Assembly: GCA_964629655.1 (NCBI GenBank)
Contig: CAZVQU010000002.1
Location: 162,814-226,813, forward strand
DNA from: an uncultured Planctomycetia bacterium
GTDB lineage: Bacteria > Omnitrophota > Gorgyraeia > Duberdicusellales > 4484-171
Direction: 5' to 3'
Length of the DNA stretch: 64,000 nucleotides
Part shown: piece after piece, positions 26,308 through 35,699 of the stretch
Position numbering within the stretch: the first letter of the stretch is position 1
How the letters are laid out: the number at the start of each line of letters is the position of its first letter
Made by a program: the position numbers and the translations under genes
The notes under the pieces: generated by a model
The model's database searches: none
The model's input: only the letters and a program-made list of their open reading frames with translations
Told to the model about the DNA's origin: nothing

Positions 26308-27092
26308 TTTCCCTTAGAAACTAGTATTACGTAAGGCTTGGCAGAAATAGGATTTTCTTTCACTACCACAACAGTCTTGTACACAGATTCGATATTCTGA
26401 TAAGTCAGAACCGAAGCAGGTTCGCCATCCTTAAATATCTCTCCCTGATTAAGCAAAATAAGCCGGTTGCAATATTCACTAGCTAAATTTAAATCATGCA
26501 TAACTAAAATTATAGTAAGTTTGGTCTCCTGATTCAGTCTTTTTAATAAATCCAATATCTGTATCTTGTGCCCAATATCTAAGTGCGAAGTAGGCTCATC
26601 CAATAACAAGAGAATCGGCTCTTGGGCTAGAGCCTTAGCAATAATAACCCTCTGACGCTCTCCGGCGCTTAACTGATTTATTTGTTTAGCTTCCAGATGC
26701 AGTGAATCTGTCGACGAAAGAGCTTTCTTGGCAATTGCTAAATCTTTACTACTCTCAAATTGAAGCCTCTTAAGATGGGGGGTTCTCCCCAAAAGTGCAA
26801 TCTCCCAAACAGTAAATGAGAAATTAATCAAAGTCTCTTGAGGAACAAAGGCAATTTTCCGGCAAAGTTCTTTAAGCTTTATCTTACTTATATCTTTATC
26901 CTCAAAAACCACGCTTCCCCCCCGAGGGCAGAGAGCCTTGCTAATCAACTTAAGCAAGGTAGATTTACCTGAGCCGTTAGGGCCGATTATTCCTAAAAAA
27001 TCACCTTTCCCTACCTCAAACGAAACATCATTTATTACCAATTTTTGATCGTAGGCTCCGGATAAATTATCTACTTTTAGCAAAATGCTCAT
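26304..27092 (-). CDS. btuD: ABC transporter ATP-binding protein, BtuD/FecE family
   Basis: Walker A GPNGSGKST, signature LSAGERQRV, Walker B LLLDEP; 262 aa. Confidence 0.8.
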   Translation of the reverse strand: MSILLKVDNLSGAYDQKLVINDVSFEVGKGDFLGIIGPNGSGKSTLLKLISKALCPRGGSVVFEDKDISKIKLKELCRKIAFVPQETLINFSFTVWEIALLGRTPHLKRLQFESSKDLAIAKKALSSTDSLHLEAKQINQLSAGERQRVIIAKALAQEPILLLLDEPTSHLDIGHKIQILDLLKRLNQETKLTIILVMHDLNLASEYCNRLILLNQGEIFKDGEPASVLTYQNIESVYKTVVVVKENPISAKPYVILVSKGK

Positions 27093-27095
27093 AGA

Positions 27096-28058
27096 CTACT
27101 TGATTTTTTGTTCTCTTCTCAATAAAAATATAAAAATTGGTGCTCCAACTAAAGATGTAATGACTCCAATCGAAATTTCAACCGGCGAAAAAAGACTGCG
27201 TGCTAAGGTATCTGATAAAATTAAGAATGCAGCTCCCGATAAGCAAGACGCGGGGATAAGAACCTTATGATTGGGGCCGACAACCATTCGCATCATATGG
27301 GGAATAATCAATCCGACAAATCCGATTATCCCGGTAATTGAAACTAAGGCTCCGGTAATTAAGGCAGTGGTGACGAATAATATTTTCTTCACTGTCTCAA
27401 CCTCAATACCTAAATGAACAGCCTCTTCCTCGCCAAGGCTTATCGCATTTAAATCCTGGAAAAGAATAAAAATCGGTATAATCCCTAAACAAACTATACT
27501 GCCGACTATTAAAAGAAGTTTAAAATTGTAGACTTCCAGACTTCCCAATAACCACCAAAGTATTCCACGCAAAGCCTGATTGTTTGATATCGATACCAAA
27601 AACACGATTAGCCCTGAGATAGCTATCGCCACAATTACTCCTGATAAAATAAGTGACTGAACCGAAATTCTTCCATTTTGCTTAGCAAGGTTATATACTA
27701 AAATAATACTTAATAAGGCTCCGATGAAGGCAACTAAAGGAATTAGACTAATCGAAAGCCCGAAGAATATTCCCAAAGCAGCACCAAGCCCAGCTCCGCT
27801 TGAAGTCCCTAATAAATAGGGTTCGGCGAGCGGGTTTCGTAAAATTGCTTGTAATACCGCTCCTGAGACACCTAAACCAGCTCCAGCGAATAACCCCAAC
27901 ATAATTCTTGCTAAACGTAATTGCAAAATATTCCGGTTGGCTTGAGAGAACAACTCTCCCAAAGGAATCTTTACTGAACCATAATAAACTCCTAAGGCTA
28001 TACTAGCTAAGAGGATTAAAAATAATATTAGAAGTTTTTTCCGGTTATTTACGTTCAT
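27096..28058 (-). CDS. btuC: ABC transporter permease, FecCD/BtuC family
   Basis: 320 aa, ~9 TM helices, FecCD-family conserved Gly-rich segments. Confidence 0.8.
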   Translation of the reverse strand: MNVNNRKKLLILFLILLASIALGVYYGSVKIPLGELFSQANRNILQLRLARIMLGLFAGAGLGVSGAVLQAILRNPLAEPYLLGTSSGAGLGAALGIFFGLSISLIPLVAFIGALLSIILVYNLAKQNGRISVQSLILSGVIVAIAISGLIVFLVSISNNQALRGILWWLLGSLEVYNFKLLLIVGSIVCLGIIPIFILFQDLNAISLGEEEAVHLGIEVETVKKILFVTTALITGALVSITGIIGFVGLIIPHMMRMVVGPNHKVLIPASCLSGAAFLILSDTLARSLFSPVEISIGVITSLVGAPIFIFLLRREQKIK

Positions 28059-28906
28059 TCTGGATACAGCCTCTTATGAATTGCCTCCAGACCTTCGACT
28101 AACCTCGGTCCGGGCCGGAAAAAAAGATTGGGGTCGATATCCCGATAGATACGGTTATTCTTTACGGCCGCAATATTTCCCCAACCTAACCGGCTTCCAA
28201 TCTTAAGTGCATCCGGATTCTTATTCATATACCCGAGAATAATGCAGTCGGGATTACGCTCTAGGACTTGTTCACTGCTAAAATAGCTGTAGCTTCTAGG
28301 AAGATCACTGGCTATATTTATACCCCCGGCTAAACTAATCAACTCACCTACAAAAGACCCACTACCGGCAGTCATTAAAGGATCGACCCCAATTTCAATA
28401 AATACGCTTAGCCGCTTGGCTTGGGGAATAAGTTTAACCTTATCGTTAATCCGTTCAATCCTCTCCTCCATTTGCCTAATTAGTAATTCGGCCTTTTGCT
28501 CTCGATGAATAAGCTTTGCGATTTCCCTTATCGAACTAAATAGCTCTTTAAAACTTGCCGGGTCGCTAACGAAAACTTTCATACCAAGTCTGCGTAAATC
28601 ATCGACTATCGAAGCTTGTTCCAGGCCGGTAGCAAAAACTATATCCGGTTTTAAAAAGACAATTTTTTCGATACTCGGCTGGCTAAAAGTACCCGCCTTT
28701 TCCTTAGCCTTGGCCTTAGGCGGATAATTACAGAATGTACTTACCCCGACAATCTCATCATCGAGCCCTAAACGGAATAATATTTCGGTTACCGACGGAG
28801 CAATTGAAACAACCCTCTGTTTGGGAACCGCCTGCGAAAGTAGTGGCCTGGGGCCAAAACAGATAAGTATGACTACTAAGCTGCTGAGTAAAATATTCTT
28901 TCTCAT
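28055..28906 (-). CDS. btuF: Periplasmic corrinoid-binding protein, BtuF-like (class III SBP); start reassigned to internal Met
   Basis: VVSIAPSVTEILFRLGLDDEIVGVSTFCNYPP...KPDIVFAT matches BtuF. ORF-track start 29011 would place a terminator hairpin inside the CDS, so the ATG at 28906 (MRKNILLSSLVVILICFG signal peptide) is preferred. Confidence 0.7.
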   Translation of the reverse strand: MRKNILLSSLVVILICFGPRPLLSQAVPKQRVVSIAPSVTEILFRLGLDDEIVGVSTFCNYPPKAKAKEKAGTFSQPSIEKIVFLKPDIVFATGLEQASIVDDLRRLGMKVFVSDPASFKELFSSIREIAKLIHREQKAELLIRQMEERIERINDKVKLIPQAKRLSVFIEIGVDPLMTAGSGSFVGELISLAGGINIASDLPRSYSYFSSEQVLERNPDCIILGYMNKNPDALKIGSRLGWGNIAAVKNNRIYRDIDPNLFFRPGPRLVEGLEAIHKRLYPE

Positions 28907-28942
28907 CTCTAAAATAAAAAATCCCCGACTGTTATGTCGGGG
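28907..28942 (-). terminator. Riboswitch expression-platform terminator (attenuator)
   Basis: Minus strand CCCCGAC-ATAACA-GTCGGGG (7-bp GC-rich stem) immediately followed by ATTTTTTATTTT, ending 1 nt before the btuF start codon. Confidence 0.6.
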
Positions 28943-29014
28943 TGCACCCTCTTTTCTTGGCCCGGAAATAAAAAATTTTAGGTTATTATTCCGCGTAAAA
29001 CCTAAATTCAATTC

Positions 29015-29195
29015 TTCTCGGCAGGTCTTCTGACTCTCTCACTTTTCCTAGCGGTCTTCCCATCAGCCTCAAGCTGATAGTGACACGAAGTGCTAAGAAA
29101 ATTTTCCTGGCTTATGCCTAGGGTGGGATTACAGCACCGGGAGTGTCTCCGATTCTCACGGAGTTCCCTATTATGCCTTACGGCACCGAAAAAAA
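29015..29195 (-). ncRNA. Cobalamin (adenosylcobalamin) riboswitch aptamer
   Basis: Minus strand reads CGGTGCCGTAAGGCATAATAGGGAACTCCGTGAGAATCGGAGACACTCCCGGTGCTGTAA...AAGCCAGGAAAA...AGAAGACCTGCCGAG. This matches the conserved cobalamin-riboswitch core (AATAGGGAA / GTGAGAATC / CCGGTGCTGTAA) and B12 box (AGCCAGGA...GAAGACCTGCC), upstream of a btu operon. Confidence 0.75.
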
Positions 29196-29223
29196 TAATC
29201 CTTAACTCCCAAAGAACAACTTT

Positions 29224-29251
29224 ATTCTATCTTTACCGACTATCTTGTCAA
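29224..29251 (-). promoter_or_regulatory. Putative sigma-70 promoter of the riboswitch/btu operon
   Basis: Minus strand TTGACA (29251-29246), 16-nt spacer, TAGAAT (29229-29224), ~25 nt upstream of the aptamer. Confidence 0.4.
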
Positions 29252-29262
29252 CATTTTTATCA

Positions 29263-29335
29263 TGCGCCCGGGCCGACTCGAACAGCCACATCAGCCTTAG
29301 GAGGGCCGCGCTCTATCCTGTTGAGCTACGGGCGC
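29263..29335 (-). tRNA. tRNA-Arg (anticodon CCU)
   Basis: 73-nt cloverleaf found by eye: acceptor GCGCCCG/CGGGCGC, D-arm GCTC-AACAGGATA-GAGC, anticodon arm CGGCC-CUCCUAA-GGCUG (CCU), 4-nt variable loop, T-arm GGCTG-TTCGAGT-CGGCC, discriminator A, no encoded CCA. Confidence 0.85.
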
Positions 29336-29355
29336 GAATCGAATAAAGATTATAA

Positions 29356-29868
29356 TTAATATTTGATTAAAGAAAGTACCGGGTATTTCTTTAGTCTATT
29401 TCGCCCTTTTAGGAAAGTCAACTCAATGAGAAAGATAATCGCTGTAACTTTCCCCTTTAATTTTTCAACTAGCTTCGCCGAAGCTAAAGCAGTTCCCCCG
29501 GTGGCTAACAGGTCATCTAAAACCAGAATCTTTGAACCGGAAGAAAAAGCATCACGATGGATCTCTAATGAATCTTTACCATACTCCAAAGAATAGGTAT
29601 AGCAGTAAGTTTTCCCGGGAAGCTTTCCGGGCTTTCTTACTGGAACAAACCCGCAATTTAAACGATAAGCTAAGGCTGAGCCAAAGATAAAACCTCGGGA
29701 TTCTGCAGCCACAATATAGTCGATTTTTTTCCCTTTTAAAGCCTTGGCCATATCATTGATTGCCCTTCTGAATGCTCCCTTGTCATTAAGCAAGGTGGTT
29801 ATATCTTTAAAAAGAATACCTTTCTTGGGAAAATCAGGAATATCGCGGATATGTTTTTCTAATTTCAT
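29356..29868 (-). CDS. apt: Adenine phosphoribosyltransferase
   Basis: 170 aa; PRPP-binding motif ILVLDDLLATGGTALA and Apt-specific N-terminus IRDIPDFPKKGILFKDIT. Confidence 0.85.
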   Translation of the reverse strand: MKLEKHIRDIPDFPKKGILFKDITTLLNDKGAFRRAINDMAKALKGKKIDYIVAAESRGFIFGSALAYRLNCGFVPVRKPGKLPGKTYCYTYSLEYGKDSLEIHRDAFSSGSKILVLDDLLATGGTALASAKLVEKLKGKVTAIIFLIELTFLKGRNRLKKYPVLSLIKY

Positions 29869-29881
29869 AAGAATCTCCAGC

Positions 29882-30703
29882 CTAAGCCTCTATTTTTTTC
29901 TTCTGTTGGTCAACGACATAAGTACGCAGCCTTTTAAGAGCCTCTTTCTCAATTTGCCGCACTCTTTCTCGAGATACCTTTAATACTTTAGCCACCTCAG
30001 CCAAGGTATGAGCCCTGCCATTAGTTATTCCGAAACGTAAATCTAAAACTAATCTTTCACGTCCAGTAGTAAAACTAAGCAGTTCCTCTATCTTCTCGTG
30101 ATTAAAAACTTTATCTGCAGCTGAAGTTGTCATTGTGCTGTCATCGGTAGCAATAAAATCAGCAAGCTGTGAATCACCGTCACCACCTACCGGTGCATCT
30201 AAAGAAGATTGTTTCTGGGTCCAAAGCTCAATCTCAGCCACCCTCTTCACAGTTACTCTTAAACCTTTAGCAACTTCTCCTCGACGAGGTTCCCGGCCTA
30301 ATTTCTGGCGTAAGACCTCTTTAGCCCGTTTATGTTTTGCAATAAGTTCACTCATATAAACCGGGACACGAATGGTCTTGCCTTGATCAATAAGTGCCCG
30401 GGTTACGGCTTGACGTATCCACCAGGCAGCGTATGTAGAGAAACGGTAACCTTTACGGGCGTCAAACTTATCAATAGCCCGCATAAGGCCGATATTACCT
30501 TCAGCAATTAAATCCATTAAAGAAAGGTTGTAGTGAGAGTAGTGTTTGACAATGCTTACAACCAGCTTTAAGTTACAATTAATTATTTTACGCCGAGATA
30601 CCCGGCTACCGCGCTTGGCCTTTCGGATAAGCTCAACCTCTTCCTTTTTCTTTAATATTGGAAGATCTTTAATCCTCTCTAGATAAGCTTTAATTGCTTC
30701 CAT
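29882..30703 (-). CDS. RNA polymerase sigma factor, sigma-70 family (RpoD/RpoS-like group 2, regions 1.2-4.2)
   Basis: [37 protein letters not shown] (region 2), [28 protein letters not shown] (region 4.2); 273 aa. Confidence 0.8.
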   Translation of the reverse strand: MEAIKAYLERIKDLPILKKKEEVELIRKAKRGSRVSRRKIINCNLKLVVSIVKHYSHYNLSLMDLIAEGNIGLMRAIDKFDARKGYRFSTYAAWWIRQAVTRALIDQGKTIRVPVYMSELIAKHKRAKEVLRQKLGREPRRGEVAKGLRVTVKRVAEIELWTQKQSSLDAPVGGDGDSQLADFIATDDSTMTTSAADKVFNHEKIEELLSFTTGRERLVLDLRFGITNGRAHTLAEVAKVLKVSRERVRQIEKEALKRLRTYVVDQQKKKIEA

Positions 30704-30720
30704 ATTCTTCTAAAACCTTT

Positions 30721-33417
30721 CTATTTTTTACTCCTGCCTTTTTCTTGTATTGCTATTTGAGCAGCAGCTAGCCTGGCAATCGGAACCCGATAGGGGGAAC
30801 AGCTAACGTAATTTAAGCCGGCTTTGTGGCAAAATTTAACCGACTTCGGATCTCCTCCGTGCTCTCCGCATATACCGCATTTAAGTTTCTTATTTGTTTT
30901 TCTGCCTAAGTCTACGGCTGTTTTTAAAAGCTGGCCTACGCCCTCCTGATCAATTGTCTGAAATGGATCATCGGGTAGAATTTTCTTCTCTATATATTCC
31001 GGTAGAAAAACTCCGGCATCATCGCGGCTATAACCAAAGGTCATCTGGGTAAGGTCATTTGTCCCAAAAGAGAAAAATTCAGCCTTTGCCGCAACCTTAT
31101 CAGCAGTTAATGCTGCCCGAGGAATTTCAATCATTGTTCCTACCGTATATTTTACATTTGATTTCGATTTACTAATAATGCTCTTGGCAGCTTTTCGAAC
31201 AATTTCTTCCAGATAGTCAAATTCGTTAACTGTGCCAATAAGCGGAATCATAATCTCAGGAATAACCTTAATTCCCGCCTTGGCCACATTACAAGCTGCT
31301 TCGATTATCGCTGTTGTCTGCATCAGGCAAAGTTCAGGATAAGTAATCGACAATCTACAACCGCGATGGCCGAGCATCGGGTTTAACTCGTGTAGCTTCT
31401 TAACAAGATCCTCTACCTTTGCCGGTGAGATTTTCAAACGCTTAGCCATTTCTTTTTGCCCGTCTGGATCATTAGGCAAAAATTCATGCAGCGGCGGATC
31501 GAGAAGCCGTATTGTCACCGGAAGCCCATTCATCTCCTTAAAAATCCCCTCAAAGTCTTTTCTCTGGTAAGGTAACAATTTCTTAAGAGCTTTCTCTCTT
31601 GTTTTGCTATCCTGGGCTAGAATAAACTCACGAACAGCCCAAATCCTCTCTCCTTCAAAAAACATATGTTCAGTTCTGGTAAGACCAATACCTTCAGCGC
31701 CTAATCTCCGAGCTGCCATTGAATCTTTAGGTGTGTCAGCGTTAGTACGAACTTTAAGTGTTCGGTATTGATCTGCCCATTTCATTGTCTGAATAAACAT
31801 CTTGTAAATTGGACTCTTCTTAGCCCGAGGATTATTTTCAACAACTCCGGCAATTACCGGGCTGGTTGTCGACTTCACATCGCCGAGCATAACCTCTCCG
31901 GTTGCACCGTTTAGGGAAAGATAATCGCCCTCCTTGACTATGACTCCTTCAACCGATATCTGTTTTTTAGAGTAGTTAATATTTAAAGCGCTGCATCCGG
32001 CGATACAACACTTACCCCAACCTCTGGCAACTACAGCTGCATGTGAAGTCATTCCACCGGTTGAGGTCAATATTCCCTCAGCAGCATCCATTCCGGCTAC
32101 ATCCTCCGGAGAGGTCTCATGGCGGACAAGAATAACCTTTTTCCCCTTCTTCTTCCAGGCTTCTGCATCATCAGCTGTGAATACCACATGCCCTGAAGCA
32201 GCACCCGGTCCAGCCGGAAGGCCCTTGGCTACCTTTTTAGCTTTACTGGCAGCTACAGGGTCAAAAATCGGAAAGAGAAGCTGATTAAGCTGTTCACCCT
32301 CAATCCGCAGGAGAGCTTCTTGAGCTGTAATCATTTTTTCTCCTACCATATCGTATGCAATCTTAACTGCTGCAAGCCCGGTACGTTTACCGGTACGTGT
32401 CTGAAGCATAAAAAGCCTGCCTTCCTGTATGGTAAATTCTACATCCTGTATATCTCTATAGTGTTTCTCAAGTTTTTTTCTTATATCATCGAGTTGTTTA
32501 TAAATTTTCGGCATTTCCTTTTTAAGATCATTTATAGGCTCAGGAGTCCTTATCCCGGCTACTACATCTTCACCCTGAGCGTTAATAAGAAACTCGCCAA
32601 AAAATTCATTATCTCCGGTTGAAGGATTACGGGTGAAGGCTACTCCGGTTCCGGAAGTATTACCCATATTCCCAAAAACCATTGTTTGAACATTAACTGC
32701 TGTACCAAGAAGTCCGGTAATTTTATTTATTCTTCTGTAAATTACGGCTCTCTCAATATTCCATGAGCCAAATACCGCGTTAACTGCAGACATTAGCTGT
32801 TTTTTTGCGTCAGTCGGAAAAGGTTTCTTTACATATCTCTTATATACATCCTTATACTGACCGACTAGTTCTTTAAGCTGAACAACTGTAAGGTCATTAT
32901 CTTGTTTTGCTCTATATTTTTTCTTAATAGCTGTTAATTTTTCTTCAAAATGCTCATGGTCGACTCCCATAACAACATTTCCGAACATATCAATAAAGCG
33001 TCGATAAGCATCCCAGGCAAGGCGTTGATTGCCGGTTTTCTTTGCAAGACCGATTACTGCATCATCATTTAACCCAAGATTAAGAACAGTATCCATCATC
33101 CCCGGCATTGAGACTGCGGCACCGCTGCGCACTGAAACCAGCAAAGGATTCTTAGAATCCCCCAACTTTGCGCCCATGCTTTTCTCTAACATAGCAATAT
33201 TAGCATCTATTTGTTTTTGTAGCTCAGAAGGATATTTCCTTCCATGTTTATAGTAGTAGTCACAAACTTCGGTTGAAATTGTGAATCCCGGAGGCACCGG
33301 AACTCCGATACTGCACATCTCAGCTAGATTTGCACCTTTGCCGCCTAGAATATTCTTCATTGTAGCGTTACCATCAGATTTTCCCTTGCTGAAAAAATAT
33401 ACAAATTTTTTAGCCAT
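30721..33417 (-). CDS. ppdK: Pyruvate, phosphate dikinase
   Basis: 898 aa; N-terminal ATP-grasp (MKNILGGKGANLAEM), central phospho-His domain (GGMTSHAAVVARGWGKCCI), C-terminal PEP-utilizing TIM barrel. Confidence 0.9.
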   Translation of the reverse strand: MAKKFVYFFSKGKSDGNATMKNILGGKGANLAEMCSIGVPVPPGFTISTEVCDYYYKHGRKYPSELQKQIDANIAMLEKSMGAKLGDSKNPLLVSVRSGAAVSMPGMMDTVLNLGLNDDAVIGLAKKTGNQRLAWDAYRRFIDMFGNVVMGVDHEHFEEKLTAIKKKYRAKQDNDLTVVQLKELVGQYKDVYKRYVKKPFPTDAKKQLMSAVNAVFGSWNIERAVIYRRINKITGLLGTAVNVQTMVFGNMGNTSGTGVAFTRNPSTGDNEFFGEFLINAQGEDVVAGIRTPEPINDLKKEMPKIYKQLDDIRKKLEKHYRDIQDVEFTIQEGRLFMLQTRTGKRTGLAAVKIAYDMVGEKMITAQEALLRIEGEQLNQLLFPIFDPVAASKAKKVAKGLPAGPGAASGHVVFTADDAEAWKKKGKKVILVRHETSPEDVAGMDAAEGILTSTGGMTSHAAVVARGWGKCCIAGCSALNINYSKKQISVEGVIVKEGDYLSLNGATGEVMLGDVKSTTSPVIAGVVENNPRAKKSPIYKMFIQTMKWADQYRTLKVRTNADTPKDSMAARRLGAEGIGLTRTEHMFFEGERIWAVREFILAQDSKTREKALKKLLPYQRKDFEGIFKEMNGLPVTIRLLDPPLHEFLPNDPDGQKEMAKRLKISPAKVEDLVKKLHELNPMLGHRGCRLSITYPELCLMQTTAIIEAACNVAKAGIKVIPEIMIPLIGTVNEFDYLEEIVRKAAKSIISKSKSNVKYTVGTMIEIPRAALTADKVAAKAEFFSFGTNDLTQMTFGYSRDDAGVFLPEYIEKKILPDDPFQTIDQEGVGQLLKTAVDLGRKTNKKLKCGICGEHGGDPKSVKFCHKAGLNYVSCSPYRVPIARLAAAQIAIQEKGRSKK

Positions 33418-33439
33418 CTCTCTTCTCTCCTCCCTATGA

Positions 33440-33469
33440 ATTAACCCTTTGGCTTCGCTCAGGGTTAAT
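33440..33469 (-). other. Perfect 8-bp hairpin (ATTAACCC/GGGTTAAT, 14-nt loop) in the glyQS-ppdK intergenic region, just upstream of the ppdK RBS
   Basis: Seen directly; no U-tract, so not a canonical terminator. Confidence 0.3.
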
Positions 33470-33488
33470 GCTGAGCAACGCCGAAGTA

Positions 33489-34826
33489 TTAATTAAATTT
33501 TACTCGTTGTTTAAGAAATTCCTTAACTTTAGTTTTGTCAACCCTCTCCTGCTCCATGCTATCTCTATCCCTGATGGTAACCTTTCCATCATTTAAGCTT
33601 TCTACATCAACAGTGATGCAAAAAGGAGTCCCAATTTCGTCTTGGCGGCGATAAAGCTTGCCAATTGCTGCTGTGTCGTCATAAAGGGCAGGCAACTCAT
33701 CTTTTATATCACAAAAAATACTTTTTGCAAGCTCAACTACTTCCGGTTTATTCTTCAGCAAAGGAAAAACTGCTGCTGAATAAGGTGCCAGGTCCGGTTT
33801 TAATTTCAAAACATTCCTGACTCTACCCTTAACCTCCTCACTGCAGAAGGCGTCGGAAAGGCAAGCAAAAAAAGTCCTGTCTACTCCGGCTGAAGGTTCA
33901 ATAACATAAGGAATAAACTTCTCACTACTAGTGTTATCAAAATATGATAGGTCTTTCTTGCTTACTCTAGCATGTTCACTTAAATCAAAATCTCCCCGAT
34001 TGGCTATTCCCTCTAATTCACTCCAGCCAAAGGGAAATTCAAACTCAACATCAGTGCAAGACTTAGCGTAATGGGCCAACTCATCCCTAGCATGCTCCCT
34101 TAACCTTAGGTTCTCTTTCTTCAAACCAATTCTTTCAATGTAGAAATTAAATCTCTCTTTAACCCAATACTTATAAAACTGATCAGCCTCTTTAGGATGG
34201 ACAAAATATTCAATCTCCATCTGATCGAATTCTTTCATCCTAAACACAAAGCTACCGGTAGTAACTTCATTTCTAAAGGCTTTGCCAATCTGGGCTATAC
34301 CTAAGGGGAGTTTTTTAGAGGTAGTCTTAAGAACATTAGCAAAATTTACAAATATCCCTTGAGCAGTCTCAGGACGCAGATAAGCATAATTAGGTTCATC
34401 CTCAGTAGCACTCATATTAGTCTTTAGCATGAGGTTGAACTTGCGGGGTTTATTCTTATCGGTGTCTATCTCCTGCTTACACTCCAGGCAGCTATAGACT
34501 GTGCCGCCTATCTTTTCCAGCTTATCGACTCGAAATCTCTTCTTACAATTCGGACAATCAATGAGTAAATCAGCAAATCCCTGGAGATGGCCAGACGCCA
34601 TGAAAACCTGGTCCTTCATGATTATGCTACTGTCTAAACCAACGATATCAGCTCTTTTCTCTACATACTCCTTCCACCAGATATCCTTGATTCGTTTTTT
34701 AAGCCTTGAGCCTAAAGGACCATAATCCCAAATGCTAGAGAGCCCTCCGTAGATCTCCGAGCCACCGAAGATAAAACCTCTTCTCTTACATAAGGATACT
34801 ATTTGTGCTAACTTATCCTGACTCAT
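33489..34826 (-). CDS. glyQS: Glycine--tRNA ligase (alpha2 dimeric class II type)
   Basis: 445 aa; N-terminus RGFIFGGSEIYGGLSSIWDYGPLG and class II motifs plus C-terminal anticodon-binding domain. Confidence 0.85.
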   Translation of the reverse strand: MSQDKLAQIVSLCKRRGFIFGGSEIYGGLSSIWDYGPLGSRLKKRIKDIWWKEYVEKRADIVGLDSSIIMKDQVFMASGHLQGFADLLIDCPNCKKRFRVDKLEKIGGTVYSCLECKQEIDTDKNKPRKFNLMLKTNMSATEDEPNYAYLRPETAQGIFVNFANVLKTTSKKLPLGIAQIGKAFRNEVTTGSFVFRMKEFDQMEIEYFVHPKEADQFYKYWVKERFNFYIERIGLKKENLRLREHARDELAHYAKSCTDVEFEFPFGWSELEGIANRGDFDLSEHARVSKKDLSYFDNTSSEKFIPYVIEPSAGVDRTFFACLSDAFCSEEVKGRVRNVLKLKPDLAPYSAAVFPLLKNKPEVVELAKSIFCDIKDELPALYDDTAAIGKLYRRQDEIGTPFCITVDVESLNDGKVTIRDRDSMEQERVDKTKVKEFLKQRVKFN

Positions 34827-34894
34827 TTTAAGTTATTATTATACCCTAAAAACTGTTTTTTTTAAGAGAAATTTTCGCGAAGTAAAGACGCGGG

Positions 34895-35698
34895 CTATTT
34901 TGAAGGTCGCTTGCGAAAATCCTTTATCTTTGATGATGAATCTGTTGTATTACTGCTCATAACCTCTTTTATCTTGGTATCTGCCGCAGCGTAACGGTCT
35001 TTAGGTTTGGGGTGGCTGCGCAGAAAAATCGGCATAGCAGTAGAACCATACTCCTTTTCTATCTCTTCAAACCGCTTAAAAACAAGAAGGGATGCTTTAG
35101 GGTCAAATCCGGCCTGATAACCATAGCTAACTCCTAAGGAGTCAGCTAAATACTCATCCTTGCGGGAAAAACCCAGACTAACATACTTATCGACCTCGGC
35201 AATTAAATCTCCGATGGCCTTTTGGTTGGACTGGCCTGATAAAACTGCCATGACCAGCTGCAGACCAAAGATCTTTTCAAATCTTTTAAAACCATGCCGA
35301 GCACAGATATGGCCAACCTCATGGGCCATAACAAAAGCTAACTCCGGTTCAGTGAATGAATCAAGCAACCCTTTATTGACAAAGATATGCCCGCCTAGGA
35401 GAGCGTAAGCATTTATATCCTCACTATCAATAATATAGAATTGATAATCTAAGTAACTGCGGTGACTAGTAGCAACTACCCGCTCTCCGATTTCTTTTAG
35501 GTAAGCTAAAGCCTCGGGGTCATTGACCATCTTGGTTTTGGAAATCATTTGTTTAGCTAAGCTATTACCTAATTTAATCTCATATTTTTCATCAAAAAGA
35601 TGCATCTCTCTTCGGCCAGTAGCCGGGTTATATACAGTTATGCAACCAACAAGCAAAAGTGTGAGTATCGCGACAATCCAAACAGTTCTTTTCTTCAT
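34895..35698 (-). CDS. M48 family metallopeptidase lipoprotein (BepA/YfgC-like)
   Basis: Lipobox LLVGC, HEXXH site MAHEVGHICARH; 267 aa. Confidence 0.7.
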   Translation of the reverse strand: MKKRTVWIVAILTLLLVGCITVYNPATGRREMHLFDEKYEIKLGNSLAKQMISKTKMVNDPEALAYLKEIGERVVATSHRSYLDYQFYIIDSEDINAYALLGGHIFVNKGLLDSFTEPELAFVMAHEVGHICARHGFKRFEKIFGLQLVMAVLSGQSNQKAIGDLIAEVDKYVSLGFSRKDEYLADSLGVSYGYQAGFDPKASLLVFKRFEEIEKEYGSTAMPIFLRSHPKPKDRYAAADTKIKEVMSSNTTDSSSKIKDFRKRPSK

Positions 35699-35699
35699 T

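Noticed and set aside
28907-29011. N-terminal 35 codons of the ORF-track btuF-like ORF (start 29011)
   Set aside because: This segment contains the riboswitch terminator hairpin and U-tract. A signal-peptide Met at 28906 gives a typical BtuF precursor.
29090-29359. Plus-strand 89-aa ORF
   Set aside because: It overlaps the tRNA-Arg(CCU) and the cobalamin riboswitch on the opposite strand and has no RBS or conserved motif.
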